Shown here: one piece after another, positions 13,200-27,735 of the stretch
Layout: each line of letters begins with the position of its first letter
Position numbering within the stretch: the stretch's first letter is position 1
NCBI RefSeq assembly: GCF_006345805.1
Contig: NC_043003.1
Span: forward strand, 42,656,001-42,720,000
Length of the DNA stretch: 64,000 nucleotides
From: Octopus sinensis
Taxonomy: Eukaryota
Reading direction: 5' to 3'
Notes under the pieces: model-generated
Seen by the model: the letters and a program-made list of their open reading frames with translations, nothing else
The model's database searches: none
What the model was told of the DNA's origin: nothing
Translations under genes and position numbers: made by a program

Positions 13200-14100
13200 G
13201 ATGACAGTTCACTTATATATTTGACCAGAGGATACGGTTTAGACACTAAGTATAAACCTTTCCTTCATAAATTCAATTGCCCCTCGTCAGAAAGATATTC
13301 CAAGCCGAGTGGTTTGCAAAGATCGATACAACTTTTCTCTAAAGTCATCTCCAGCTCATCTTTGAAATGCCTCTTTGGTTCTTCAGCTAAGCGTTGACCA
13401 TTGTCTAGTTCACCATATAAAAAAAAGTACTTGCGACGAATCATTTGACTAAAAATTCCTTAAGGCGGTACCCCAGCTTGACTCCGGTCTAATGACTTGA
13501 ACAGTAAAAAGGTAAAAGATATACGTTCTAGGGCGATTATGAATCAAACATGTTCTATATCTTGGAGCCATCTGTGCAGTTGCACATTTAATATGGATGC
13601 AGAAAATATTTCTGTGTTTCGTTGTCGTGTGTAAAGTCACTACATTGTACGCTGCAGTGGTATCTGCTTCAGGAGATTGTGCTTAATTGTAGTTGTTGCG
13701 AGGAGACAATCGGGAGGAGGTGTTGCGTAATGATCTACCGTAAGATTATCTCAATTTTCTTGACATTAACTGTCAGTTTGAATTGTTGTTATGCTGTAAC
13801 TGTTGTTAAAGAAAAGACCTCCAGCATAATATGTGCAAATTTAGATGAAGCACCAGCATTTCTTATGGTACCAATACTGCACGTCGGTATTGCAGAGAAA
13901 TGCCCTAGTTTAATTCCACACAAATAACGAGTTGGCGAGACATACTCAAATTCTCTCTCTGAAAGTTCAAAAATGACAACCTCAGGTATATGATAGATTG
14001 AAAAAACAATGATTCTCAGTCACATCATTATCAGAGAATTCTTTATATCTGTACTGTATAAAATAGTCTGGTTGAAATAGAGAGTGATTTCGAAAAGGAA
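13200..14100 (-). mobile_element. Old decayed RTE LINE fragment (RT and C-terminal region), interrupted by a SINE A tail at about 13445-13515
   Basis: Minus translations LYGELDNGQRLAEEPKRHFKDELEMTLEKSCID and FKLTVNVKKIEII resemble RTE YGEL..G.R..KRFKD and FGLTINTKKTE. Confidence 0.55.
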
Positions 14101-14216
14101 ACAATGTTGATCACAAGTTAAATAAACATATACTTTACTCTAACCACTTTCAACAGAAGGTAGTATCGAGCAGGTTCATGTTTTGTAATGCAACAGAAAC
14201 GTGAGAAAGGAAATTT

Positions 14217-14346
<130 letters not shown>

Positions 14347-14714
14347 CAGCAAGGATGCCAAGTGTGAATGACGGAGCCAGCTTGAGCAAAATTCTATGAA
14401 TATAAAGAAAAAAAAAGAAAAGGAAAGGAAAAAAGAGACCTGAAATGTGTTTTCTTTTTGCATGACACTATTGTCCAAGGTTCCCGTGGTCTTTTCTGTA
14501 GGCATTTCTATCCACGGCCCAACCTAATCTGTTTTCCCTTTTTACATTGACATTTTTGTGATACACGATCCCTATTGATCGGCCCCACTTCTTTTTTCAC
14601 GATCCCTTTTTATCGGAGTTCGCCCCCCCTCCCCCCTTCTCTTCTTCCCCAAAAGAAAAGCTCTAATTTGTATTTTGTCCCTTCTGTGTCTAGCCCTGCG
14701 TTGCCAATAAAGAA
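14347..14714 (+). mobile_element. Tx1-like LINE, 5'-truncated 3' end (copy 1)
   Basis: Homologous to the 3' end of 34721-36605 (gatacacgatccctattgatc; aaagctcta; ccaataaagaa); (ATCT)n on both sides. Confidence 0.8.
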
Positions 14715-14728
14715 ATCTATCTATCTAT

Positions 14729-14799
<71 letters not shown>

Positions 14800-15401
14800 C
14801 TATTTATATTTATATAAGATTCAATTTTACATAAAACGTAATATTTAGAAATCAAAGCACTTAAAAACAATTTTTTTTCTAAACTGTTTCCTTGAACAGA
14901 CATTCTTGACAGAATAAATAAAAGCAACCATATCTACTTATAATACCAGACAGTAAATGGTGAATACTACAAGCTACGTTAACAATACGATATACTAGTA
15001 ACAACAACGGTCAAAAATATAGTGAAATATGATTGTTTATATTACAAAAAACATAAAGTAAGCGAATTTATTTCTTAAGTTATATAAAATCATGTCATAT
15101 TTTCATCTTGTACACGTATTTTCTTCTTCATGTTTACACACATACCCAAATACCCCCATACGCACACTCACACACACGCACACACACATACATACGTTTA
15201 TACACACACAATCACACACAAGAACTCACATTGCTGTCTCTGTCACTCTAACCACCTTTCTCTTCTCTGTCTCACTTTTCCCCTCTCTCTTTTTCTCTCT
15301 CTCTCTCTCTCTCATATTGCGTATATATAAACATACACACATGTATATATGCATGTAGCCATGTATATGCGTGATGAGTGCGTCAGTGCTCTATTTGTGT
15401 G

Positions 15402-15533
<132 letters not shown>

Positions 15534-16192
15534 TATCTAGAGAGAGAGAAACAAAGAGATAGATAGACATACATACATGCAACCACACACACACGCGCGC
15601 ACACACAGGCACATATAAATTCGGCATGAAAGCACACTAACTAATTTGCATTCAAATATCAACGAAGTGAATATATTTCCGATCAATTGTCTATCTATCT
15701 ATCTATCTATCTATCTATCAATCTATCTATCTATCTATATATATATATATATATTATATATATATACATATTTATATTTATATATATATACATACATATA
15801 AATAACGCACACACATAGACACACACACACGAACGCACACAGACACATGCACACACACATACACACACACGCTCACATGTTTATAATATATTTGGGTTTC
15901 TTCAAATTACTTTTCATTAAATTTTACTTAACCTTTTTGTTGCATCAAGACATTGTTAATTCTTTCATATTTCCATGACTTTTGAAGGAAATTCAAAATT
16001 TACTTTCGTGATACTGCGTACATACATACATATATATACCTACACAAAAGTATATAGATGCGCACTCTTAAATAGCGCTCCAACATAATTATAGATATGT
16101 GAAAGTGTCTGTATGCATCAATAAGTATGCATGTATGTTTCTACGCATGTGTGTCTGCACACATAACGAGACACACATATGTAGGCAAAAAG

Positions 16193-16236
<44 letters not shown>

Positions 16237-16569
16237 GTGCGTGCATGTGTATGTGTGTGTGTGTATCAACTAAAATGCAGAATGGTTTATGCTTTAATAT
16301 CGCATATATTATCTAAACCGACACATGCACATATATATCATACAGACCAACGTGTACCACACGTATATAATTATACACAAACACATGTATGTGTAAGTAT
16401 ATATGTATGTATGCATGTATGTATGTATGTATGTATGTATGTATGTATGTATGTATGTATGCATGTATGTATGTATGTATGTATGTATGTATGTATGTAT
16501 GTATGCATGTATGTATGTATGTATGTATGTATGTATGTATTTATGTGTGTATGTATGTAAGTATGTATG

Positions 16570-16800
16570 TCATTATTCTGTTTTATTTCAAGATTTCTTG
16601 TCAACAGAGAAGGAGCTGGTTTCTAACCTTGATCCAAGGCTCGTTCATTGGAATTTTAACATCAGCAACAAAGTATCTATGTTATTATTTAGTTTATTTC
16701 AAGATTACTTGCCAATAGAGAAAGAGCCTGTTTCTAACCCAGTATCCAATGTTCTTTCATTGGAATTTCAACATCAACAACGTGGTATTTTTGTATGTAT
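16570..16800 (+). mobile_element. Repeat family E, two tandem units of about 115 bp, followed by a (TATG)n tail
   Basis: tttatttcaagattTcttg..gtttctaacc..tcattggaattt occurs twice; a third copy is at 27305-27420. Confidence 0.75.
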
Positions 16801-16854
16801 TTTTGTGTGTATGTATGTATGTATGTATGTATGTATGTATGTATGTATGTATGT

Positions 16855-18270
16855 AGCACGGGTAGGTAGAAATAGCACGGGTAGGTAGAAATTCCGGGGT
16901 GGTGTCCGGCGTGCTGAAAGACCACTGGGAGTGAGGCGCCCCTCAGCTTTTGTTAAAGCACGTCTCTAGGAGAAGGTCACTCTGATATAAAACCAGATAT
17001 GCAGGGAATGGCATTGAACATTTTGGGGGTCTTTGGTTTGTGCTAGAGATCACGGCGCTCCCACATCCTCGAGCCTGCGACTTATATTGGCACCAGACAT
17101 CTTGCTCCAGCTTGTCTCTGGATAATGTCAATAAAGGGGAGAGGGTCTATGAGGTGTTGTGCAAGCCTTATTGGACCTAAAACTCTGCACAGGCATTGCC
17201 GACCTCTTTTTTTAATTCTCTATATATCTATCTTATTTTTAGTATATATTTTCTTCATTTTTAGTACATATATATATTTTTTTATTCGGAAGTCCTGCGG
17301 CGATGGGAAGGTGGTGAAGCATGCCGACCTGACGGGTTGGAAGCATGTAGTCAGCGACCTGCACGTAGGCGGCCCATGCTAGATATAAAGTCGTCTCCTT
17401 GTCGCCCAAGACAATGGTAGGATTCGGTTGCTGCATGGGTGTCTGAGCAGCTCCATTTGGAGAGGGCACTGCTCACCTGGAGACCGGGGAGGTTCTAGAA
17501 AAGGTGAACCAAAAATTGCCTGTCTTTCCATATCTGGTCAGTTTAGCGATTCGTGAGCTGAACCGCTATAAAATTGATATAGCTGCACTCTCAGAGACTC
17601 GTATAGAAGGTGATGGTCAGCTTGAGGAAGTAGGAGGCGGATGCACCTTTTTTTGGAAAGGAAGGCAGAAGGAGGAGCGCAGAGAGGCTGGTGTTGGTTT
17701 TGCAGTCCGATCTGATATCCTGAAGAAGTTGGAAGAGTTCCCTGTTCCTATAAATGAACGTATAATGACCTTACGGTTGCACTTGAAAGGTAGGCGGTTT
17801 GCTACTCTAATAAGTGCCTATGCACCTACTTTGACTAGATGTGATGAAGATAAAATAATCTTTTATACCCAGCTGAGAGCCATACTTAGAAAAATCCCCA
17901 ATTCTGATAAAGTCATTCTACTGGGGGATTTTAATGTCAGAGTTGGAACAGACTGGCAAACATGGAACTCTGTAGGACGTTTTGGAGTAGGGAAAATGAA
18001 TAGCAATGGTCTCATGCTACTGGAGCTTTGCGAAGAACATGGACTTTACATTGCAAGTACTCATTTTGTGCACAAAGGTGATCACACAACAACATGGATG
18101 CATCCAAGGTCCAAAGTTTGGCACTTGCTGGATTACGTCATCATCCGCAAGCGCGAAATTTATGACATTTGTAATGCCAAGTCCTTGCATGGATCAGAAT
18201 GTTGGACAGACCACAGTCTGGGGCGAGCAAAGTTCCGAATGGTGATTAGGGCGAAAGAGAGAAGAGGACC
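16855..18270 (+). mobile_element. RTE (BovB-like) LINE, 5' UTR plus AP endonuclease, 3'-truncated
   Basis: ORF 17504-18412: IDIAALSETR, GVGFAV, LISAYAPT, ILLGDFNVRVG, TWMHPRSKVWHLLDYVI, WTDH; 19-bp tandem duplication agcacgggtaggtagaaat at the 5' end; begins directly after (TATG)n. Confidence 0.92.
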
Positions 18271-18696
18271 AGTCCTGTGTGTCCTGTACCCATATATGCA
18301 TGTATATATACATATAGATGTAGGTACGTACATATATGTATGTATATATGCATATGTTTTATTTATTAATATGTTATTATATGACGGAACGCACGCATCC
18401 ATTTCTAAGTAAGTTTTATCTTTATATATATATATATATATATTATATTGTGTGAAATTTGATTTGGTATTTCTAAATTGAATTTTTTCCCTGCAAGTTT
18501 GGATTTATATTCCCTCAAATAATTATATATATAAAACAAAGAAGATGAGGAGAATGAAGGATTTGAATATTCAAACTTTATGTTTATTTCCAATTAGTTA
18601 ATTATACGCAACGATTTATGCATTTTTAGTACGATCTTTTCAGGGCATATCATTATGAATAAAGTAAGTAGAAACAACATAAAGTTCTATACTCTT

Positions 18697-19055
18697 AGCA
18701 CCGCCTTTAGTCGACCAAATCGACCCCGGGACTTATTCTTTGTATGTCCAGTACTTATTCTATCAGTCTCTTTTTGCCGAACCGCTAAGTGATGGGGACG
18801 TAAACACACCAGCATCGGTTGTCAAGCGATGTTAGGGAGACAAGCACAGACACACAAACATATACACACACATACATATATATACATATATACGACAGGC
18901 CTCTTTCAGTTTCCGTCTACCAAATCCACTCACAAGGCATTGGTCAGCCCGGGGCTATAGCAGAAGACACTTGCCCAAGATGCCACGCAGTGGGACTGAA
19001 CCCGGAACCATGTGGTTGGCTAGCAAACTACTTACCACACTGCCACTCCTGCGCC
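18697..19055 (-). mobile_element. SINE family A
   Basis: Homologous to 6297-6697. Confidence 0.9.
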
Positions 19056-19249
19056 TGTTTAAATTCTTCAATTTAGTTATTATAAATATTGTACTTTACA
19101 CTCTAAGTAGTCAAGAAATAAACTGGAACATCGGATGGGAGCTAAAGAAAGATTACCATAAAAAAACATAAGGAACTAGCCTTCGCATTTTACTCAGAGA
19201 AATTCAGTATCTGCCTGATACACACGCACACACCTACACACGTATATAT

Positions 19250-19391
19250 AGACGATAGGATTCTTTCTGTTTCTGGCTACAAAATCCGAGGCCATGGTAG
19301 AAGACACTTGTCGAAGGTAACACTCAGTGGAACTGAATCCGGAACCATGCAGTCGGGGAGCAAACTTCTCACCACACAGCCACACCTATGC
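19250..19391 (-). mobile_element. SINE family A, diverged head
   Basis: gtagaagacacttg..gaactgaatccggaaccatg..caccacacagccac. Confidence 0.7.
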
Positions 19392-20206
19392 GTATATATA
19401 TATATATATATATAAAAGAAAATATAAGAATCATAATGATTGAGAAAAATCAGAAATATTCTTCAGCTTCACAATCTTGTTGAGTGGAAGGAAGACGCAT
19501 ATCTCATTCAGTCGTATAAAATTTCTTTAAAACATCATCAGTTTGACATAACTTGTTACAAACTCATAGAACCCCGTTAGTTTTTACGGGTACTAGAGTA
19601 GCTTTTGTATTCATGTGTGTGTATGCGTTTGTTTGGGTATGAGTGTGTGTGCGTATGTGAGTGTTTGTGTTTGTATGTGTGTGTGTGTGTATGTGTGTGT
19701 GTGTGTGTTGGCAGGAAATTACTGAGAATTAAGATAAACATATCTTATACTAGTTGAACTTTGGAGTAAACGATGAAATGTAGTATGTGTAAGTGTGTAA
19801 ATGTATGTGTCGGTTATCGTGTGTTGTTCTTCTGTATGTATGACAAAGAAAATGAGAGAATGAAAGAAGTAAAGAGTGATTGTGCGTGAGAAAAAAGTGG
19901 GTGGCTTTATTCCTCTAGAATTATTCTAAATCATGTATATGTGTATGTGTGTCTGTATGTGTGTATGATTGTGTCTTTGTAAAAAGCATTTATATATACG
20001 TATATATATGCTTCCATAGATACGTAAACACATTTAACAGGTATTCTCTCATATATGCTTAAATTTACGCGTAGCCACATACGTATTTAAATACGTACAT
20101 ACACACGCAGATACTTATGCTATCGTTCCTGTATGGCTTGTATGTTTGTTTGTGGGTGTGTGCATATGCGGGTGGATGTGTGTGCGTGCGTGTGTGTCTA
20201 TGTTCA

Positions 20207-20237
<31 letters not shown>

Positions 20238-20494
20238 CTGTGTGAGTTTGTATTTTTGTGTGGTTGTGTATGGCAGTGTGGGTCTGTGTCTGTCTGTGAA
20301 CGTGTGCTTGTGTGTGTGTGTAATTGTGTGCATTGACATGCATGTTGTGTAATTTTTTGTGCCTTTGTGTGTATGTGTGTATTAGGATGATAGAGAGAGA
20401 CAATAAGAATAACAGATGTTAATGCATGGGGAAACAAATAAAAATACATTCATACACACACACACATACACACGCATACACTCACATGTGCACA

Positions 20495-20533
<39 letters not shown>

Positions 20534-20652
20534 TATATATATGTGCGTGTGTGTGTGTGTGTGTAAATATATACATAATCCCAACAAACGAGCATACATT
20601 TATATATATATGTACACACATATATATATACACATTTTTATCTATCTATCTG

Positions 20653-20685
<33 letters not shown>

Positions 20686-20758
20686 TTATCTATCTATCAA
20701 TCTCTCTATCATTATCTCTCTCACTCTCGCTCTCTCTGTATATATATAATATATATAT

Positions 20759-20829
<71 letters not shown>

Positions 20830-20838
20830 CATATTTTC

Positions 20839-20870
<32 letters not shown>

Positions 20871-20925
20871 GTCTGTCTGTCTGTCTATCTTTCTATCTAT
20901 TACTATCTCTTTATCTCTCTCTCTC

Positions 20926-20986
<61 letters not shown>

Positions 20987-21824
20987 CATATATGCATATG
21001 TACACACATCTATCTACACGCATATGCATGAGTTTGCTTTTATTATTATGATTCGAGAAATTTTCTTCTTAAAGGTTTACGATTGATTACTGTACAAAAA
21101 CAATGGCTTTCACGTTTGACTAATCTGACGAATGCTGTTTTCTTTCCTCAACCAGTGTATCTGATGGGGCTCCAGTGAAGCTGAAAGAAAGATTAGAAGC
21201 AAGAGAGGATATAAAAAATATAAGTAATGGGAGAAACATGAAGAGTCCATTGGAATTAGCTAGTTTAATGCGTACATCTGAAATATCTGGGAAATGTAGA
21301 TTTTTATATATTGAAAGAGTTTAACGTAGAATGATAGAGAATATTCTTCGTAGATTAGAGAGAAGAATCTAGGATGTTTACTGTAATTTACAAAGACCTT
21401 GTTATATATTAATGTATAGACCACCCATCCATGTATAAATATGTCTGTGTGCGTGAGTACGAGGGTGTATATATATATATATATATTTGTAGATATGTCT
21501 ATTTTTGTATGCACGTGCATGTGTGTGAGTGTGTAGCTCTATCTGTCTATTTTACTGTCTGTTATATGTATTATAATAAGCTATCGCATTAGTGGTCGAG
21601 TGGATAGCGTGTCGGACAATCAGTTGAAAGTTCAATGGTTCGGTCTCCTTCAGCGGCTCTGTATCTGTAGTTTGCTCCTGTCTAAAACAATGAGATTTCA
21701 AAAGATTTCATGAACATAAACTTTAGCGGGTACAATGGACAATAGGAGAATATATAGCTCAGAGCAACATCAACGCTATATAATGGAGATATATTACATA
21801 TCTGCTTGATTTTATATTTTTTCT

Positions 21825-22175
21825 TTTACTTGTTTCAGTCATTAGAGTGCGACCTTGCTGGGGCACCGATTTAAAGAATTTTCAAAGTCGACTGCATCGA
21901 CCCTAGTACTTTTTCTTAAGCCTGATATTATTCTGTCGATATCTTTTGCCTAACCATTAAGTTACTGAACACAAACACCGGTTGTCAAGCGGTTGTAACA
22001 CACACACGCACACATATATACATATAAACAACGCACGTACACATATTTACATATATACGACGGGCCTCTTTCAGTTTCCGTTTACTAAATCCACTCACAA
22101 GGCTTTATTCGGAAGCTATAGTAGAAGACACTTGCCCAAAGTGAGACTCTGAGACTGAGCCTGGAACCATGTGTT
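21825..22175 (-). mobile_element. SINE family A, head-truncated
   Basis: Homologous to 6297-6697. Confidence 0.8.
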
Positions 22176-23346
22176 TGGGAATTCATCCTTCTGTTGAATA
22201 TCATCACTTAGGCTTTAGGTGTTTGTTGCAGGATCGCTGTCGTAAGTGTCGGAATATATATCCTGACCTTTCCTTTCTCTTTCTGACGTGGAGCCATGCT
22301 CGAAACGATATACACGTACTCACCTACTCTTTTACCAATATTATATTGAACGTATAATGATATATATATATCATTTGTGTTTCTTGATACTGAGGTGCTC
22401 ATATCATTGTTTGGATTTTGAGTTTGGCAGTGGGAAAGAGAGAATGTAGTCTTCAGCCCACAGATCTGGCTTCGTTACTCGTAACACCATTAACTCTGTT
22501 AAAGAAACCTAAATGCCAAGTATTGATATATCAAAGGACGATCGATTAAATCTAGCACAGAGAACAGTAACAGCACCCTCTGTTGGGACTACTCTCAGTT
22601 TCCGCCCACCAAATTTTACTCACCAGTTTTTGATCGATTCGAGGCCTTAACAAAACATATTGTGTCAAGGAGCCCAGCTGTGGAATCGAACTGCTAATTA
22701 TTTAATTGCAAAACAAACAATTTGTCACCACAGAAAACATTCTGATTGTAGGGTTAAATTTCAATACTTCAGAAAATATATTCTGGAGTGAGGTGGAATC
22801 ATGTTTTCCATACTTCCTTCGTTAGGGAAGCCTGAAACATTTAACTAAAAATCGCAGAAATCATCCCTGTATTGTAATATGTATGAAAGAGAGTGGAAAA
22901 AATAAGGGAAATGAGTAAAGACCGATATTCTTACAATGTACAAAAAGGTATAAAATTTATAATCTTATATATTTTAGTTACAAAGGCCTATCACCATAAG
23001 TGAACAATCAAAAAATTATAGATCTATTCGAAAACAACGTGGCCGGTACCTGAACATTCTTTGACTGTTTACACGTGATGAAGGGACGTTGTGCCTGGAA
23101 TACATAAGGTGATTAAATTTATTCCATCCTATGCATAGTAAGAAGCCTTCCGTCTTTAATCATTTCACTTCTAATCCTTGTATTTACGAACAGCTTCTGA
23201 CAAATCGAGTTTTAAAAAATATAAAAAATTTCAAAAATTGTTTTACATAAATAATTTCTATATACTGGGTGGGCCAATATTCATGCACCAAAACATTTGA
23301 CATTTTATTTATAAGAAGTATCTATTATTGTTGTTATTGTTATTAT

Positions 23347-23862
23347 ATGTTTGACTTTGCATTGTATGTGTACAAGTTGGCTCCAAGTCTCACTCAGAGG
23401 CCTCAAGAGACACAAGTTCGAAGTTCATGTTGGTGTTATGCCGAGGGTGTCGTATATTTAGTTTTGCACATAGTATTGTTCAATAGAATGTCTACGAAAA
23501 CATAAGAAAATTATGAGTTTGTTTTAAAATTTGAGATTACATAGACATAGGCAGGATGTGGGCAGTTCCTATGAAAGCTATCTTTTGAATATCTGCCATT
23601 TGGGGTTTTCCTGGTATCTGAGCTAGGTAGGAATCAGCCCCTTTTGATATCATTCCTAGGGCACCTATGACAACATATACTGTTATGGTGTTGCGGTTCC
23701 ACATGTTGCCAATTTCTATCTCAAGATCATTATACTTGCTCAGTTTTGGGTAGGTCTTGACAGATACATTTATGTCGATTGAGACAGTCATATCAATGAG
23801 GAGGCATGGTTTTGTTTTTCAGTATAATGTCTGGCCTACTCGCATTGCTCTTTCTGTCAGTT
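23347..23862 (-). mobile_element. R4/Dong-clade LINE 3' fragment (restriction-like endonuclease)
   Basis: IDMTVSIDINVSVKTYPKLSKYNDLEIEIGNMW..VVIGALGMI; 3' end gcaaagtcaaacat followed by degenerate (TAA)n. Confidence 0.88.
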
Positions 23863-24090
23863 TGCGGCGAGATGGCAGAGTCCTTAGCACACTGGACGGA
23901 ATGTTTAGCTGCATTTCGCTCCTACGCTATGTTTTGAGTTCAAATTCACCCGAGCTTGACTGTGACTTTCGTCTTTTCGGGGTCGAAAAATGGTCGATAA
24001 CTTAAGTACTAGTCAAGTACTGCGGTAGATGTAATCGACTTCCTCTCCTCCAAAATTTCAGGCCCCTGTGCTTATAGTAGAAAGGATTAT
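23863..24090 (+). mobile_element. SINE family C
   Basis: gcggcgagatggcagag..gagttcaaattc..ttcggggtcga..aagtactag; (ATT)n tail. Confidence 0.8.
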
Positions 24091-24359
24091 TATTATCATT
24101 ATTATTATTATTATTACTATTATTATTATTATTATTGTTATTATCATTATTCATTTTGTTCATCACTTACAAGTACGTATGCATTCATGATTATCTTATT
24201 CCTTTTATTCAGTTTTAGAAAAAAAACGAATCATATCTTTTGACAATTCTGGGTCGTATTGGACTTCGTGCGAGACTTTTGACCCATCTTGTATACATAT
24301 ATTCATGCATACACACGCGCCTGAATTCATGAATTCGGTGTGAGTTGCGTTCCATTTCT

Positions 24360-24555
24360 TGATAAATGAAAAAATGTATAAACAAATGATGCAACGTATA
24401 CTGAATGTAAAAGCGAATGGGATGCAAACAGATTCATCAGCAAGAAAAAAAGTGGCGAAACTGAACAGTACCAATTGATGACCAAACTTCTGTTGTGTTT
24501 TCCCCTTTCATTTTACATTCAGTATACGTTTCGTCGTTTTTTATACATTTATCAT
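24360..24555. repeat. Imperfect foldback / MITE-like element
   Basis: tgataaatg..aacgtatactgaatgtaaaa pairs with ttttacattcagtatacgtt..catttatca. Confidence 0.7.
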
Positions 24556-24591
24556 GTATGTATGTATATATACATACATACACACACACAT

Positions 24592-24756
<165 letters not shown>

Positions 24757-24794
24757 ATAATATCTGTAAAATAATATGTGACAATTATTCGGTA

Positions 24795-24864
24795 GCCAAG
24801 ATAAAACTCTGAGTTTCGGATGCCGAGGTGGACATCCACACCACAATCTCTTCGGTTATCTGGC
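24795..24864 (-). ncRNA. Hammerhead-ribozyme motif with U4-to-C core mutation; sister of 62612-62681
   Basis: GCCAGAUAA-CCGAAGA-long stem II-GAA-ACUCAGAGU-U-UUAUCUUGGC. Confidence 0.55.
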
Positions 24865-25789
24865 CATTATATATATATATATAATGAAGGTGAGGAGCTT
24901 CTTATAATGCGATAACGGTCAAGTTAAGTAAACTTTATATATTTCAAGTTCAAAAGGCCTATAATCAGAAGTGAACGACTGAATGCAAATTGCTTAGATC
25001 CTGCTATGATTGTTTTATGCGGATATATTTAGGGAAACGTAACATATTTTGTGAACTGCAGAGAAAATTATTTTTTATAAGATGCATTTTTATGAAATTT
25101 TATGAAAATATAATTTATATTGTGGACACACCAGAATTTTTTGGGGTTTTTTTTTTTTTCGCAGAACATTGAAGTTTCCCGGAATCTATTTTAGAGAGAG
25201 ACTGTTTCGAAAGAATTGTATTATGGAAGCGTTTTTAGTTATTCTCCAGTGAACCAAACAAAGAGAACAGAATTCACTTGTTTAATGGAGTATTCCGTCT
25301 ATGTACTTGCGTTAATTTAAGTAATTCCTGGAAGTGGATAATATCTGAGACGCAATAATAACAAATCGTCATGTGCATAGTAATCAGCGGGTGTGAAAAC
25401 GATGAAATGCATATCGATTTATTATCGATTAGCAGCTATCAGCACACATGAGAAAAAATTTTGTTTACTGAAGTTATAAACAGGAGCCAGGATTTCTTGT
25501 TAGATTCATTATTCCGGAGTGACTTTGACTGATGATACATTACGATGTTGAAACAACGTATGTCCCAGAGTCTCCTTACACTAGGAATCGACTGTGTTAT
25601 GAGTACATATTCGTCTGAAAGGAGAATTTGTTTTCCTACGACCGAGCACATCAGTGATTAACATATCCACGTTCGAATCTGCCGGAACGTATTAAGCATG
25701 AATCTGGAAGTAATCGTAGTCTTCATATTATTTCAAATAAATTCCATGAAATTCGAAATAAGTAAAATTTTAATTATCGTACCTGACTT

Positions 25790-25960
25790 TTATGCTTTTC
25801 TTTGTTTCAGTCAATTGACTGCAGCCATGCTGGGGCACTGCCTTGAAGAATTTTCGTCGAACTTCAAGGGTATTTATCTTATCGGTCTCTTTTGCCGAAC
25901 TGCTAAGTCAATGAGACGTAAGCACACAAACACCGGTTGCTAAGGCGGTGGGGGACACAG
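25790..25960 (-). mobile_element. SINE family A, 3' part
   Basis: tgtttcagtc..gccatgctggggcactgcc..atcggtctcttttgccgaac. Confidence 0.8.
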
Positions 25961-26734
25961 ATACATACAAAGACACGCAGACACATATATACACTCACTC
26001 ACTATATATATACAGAGAGAGAGAGAGAGAGAGAGGTAAGACATGTAAGTATGCACATATATAACGCTTTATTATTAGTTGCGCTGTCATAGACAACAGA
26101 TTTAACATCTCGTAACTTGACCATTTCAAAATGTGCCAGAGTGACATAATAATTAGAGGATCAGATAAAATGGCTTTGTAGTATACAGTTAAAATTCATA
26201 ACTTTTTGAGTTTCAATCTAGCCAGTGTTCACATCATGTTTTATTCTTCCTGGCTATGCTGTCTCAAAGCAAGGGTAAATTGTGTGGATTATTCCTGGGC
26301 CTCACAATATACGGGCAGATCTGTGATCTATGCATGTTCTTGCTTGTTGTCAATACGTATATTAAGGTAGGGCCCATTGCATCATTTGCCCACGTCATGT
26401 ACAGCTGTTAAGACGAATTTGACTCAGAGATCGATAAAATAGGGTAAAGTACTGACGTTTAATCAATTCACTAACATTTTACTCCATCAAAAGGTTTTAG
26501 GACTTGTGCCCTATGTTAGCAGCAATTGAGACATTGTGGTCCTTGGCATTTTAATTCTAAACCACAACGTCGTTCGTCGATCTTTGGTTACTTTGTTTTG
26601 CTGATGATTAGAGGAAGTTCCAGTCAAATACTAGGGTCCATGTAATCGATTATTCACTCCTCCTACATTTGTAGTGGATACATACACACATAAAACAAAA
26701 CATACAAATCTGCACATATACATACATACATACA

Positions 26735-27250
26735 TTATGGCTGCCCCCTCGTTATCGAGTATGGTCATTGCACGACGCTTAACTGTTACTGGTGCTGTGA
26801 TCGAATGTGACTTTTTAGCCCAGCTAAAGATCCACAATGTCTTGTATAAAATTGGCAACTAAAACCTTCATCGGTAATAGCCGGCTGTAGTTGTAACTGG
26901 GCTTCAAGTACCTTTGCATGTCATTTAAGTCCTCCTGCCAAAATACACCCTCTTCCACTTGCCCGACAGATATGATTAGTATGGTGTGTTACACTACCAC
27001 CAGTGGCCAGGTTGTCACTCATCTGTTTCGCTTTATGACTACGAAGATGACTCTTGAGTCCAGCTTTACCGAGGCAGAGTCTTGCACAGACATTGCATGT
27101 CAGCATCAAAGGAAGACCCTTCCCATCTGGAAGTGTAACAACGATGGTCTTCCTGACATCCCTCCTTACTTTCTCATGTGCAACTCGAGATTTCTCAAAA
27201 GTGGCTGTCCCCTCGTGCACAATCCTTCTCCACCTGCTACGATCAATAAC
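26735..27250 (-). mobile_element. RTE LINE, 5'-truncated 3' end encoding three C2H2-like zinc fingers
   Basis: DRSRWRRIVHEGTATFE; CNVCARLCLGKAGLKSHLRSH; HICRASGRGCILAGGLK*H; FSCQFYTRHCGSLAGLKSHIRSQH; (TATG)n on both sides. Confidence 0.85.
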
Positions 27251-27304
27251 TACATACATACATACATACATACATACATACATAAGCATATATATACATA
27301 TACA

Positions 27305-27420
27305 TACAAAAATACACAGCTGACGTTGCTGAAATTCCAATGAAGTGGCCTTGGATCTAGGTTAGAAACCGGCTCTTTTCTATTGGCAAGAAATCTTGAA
27401 ATAAAACTGAATTATGATAT
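27305..27420 (-). mobile_element. Repeat family E, single unit
   Basis: Reverse complement of the unit at 16570-16800. Confidence 0.75.
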
Positions 27421-27665
27421 ACACAAATATACACACACTCAGATAGTCACACGCACACACACATACACACACACGAACGCACAGACATACACACACGCAC
27501 GCATACACTCAACCCCGCGCACGCATGCAGGCACGCACACACATATATGGAAAGATAGATAGATATATGCACATATATGTATTTATATGTGTGTATACAT
27601 ATTGTATACATACATACGTATGTACTGACACACGTATATATATGGATAACTAGCTAGCTAGATTG

Positions 27666-27735
<70 letters not shown>

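Noticed and set aside
13622-13927. ORF with a signal-peptide-like stretch MIYRKIISIFLTLTVSLNCCYA
   Set aside because: It lies antisense to a decayed RTE reverse-transcriptase region, which explains the open frame
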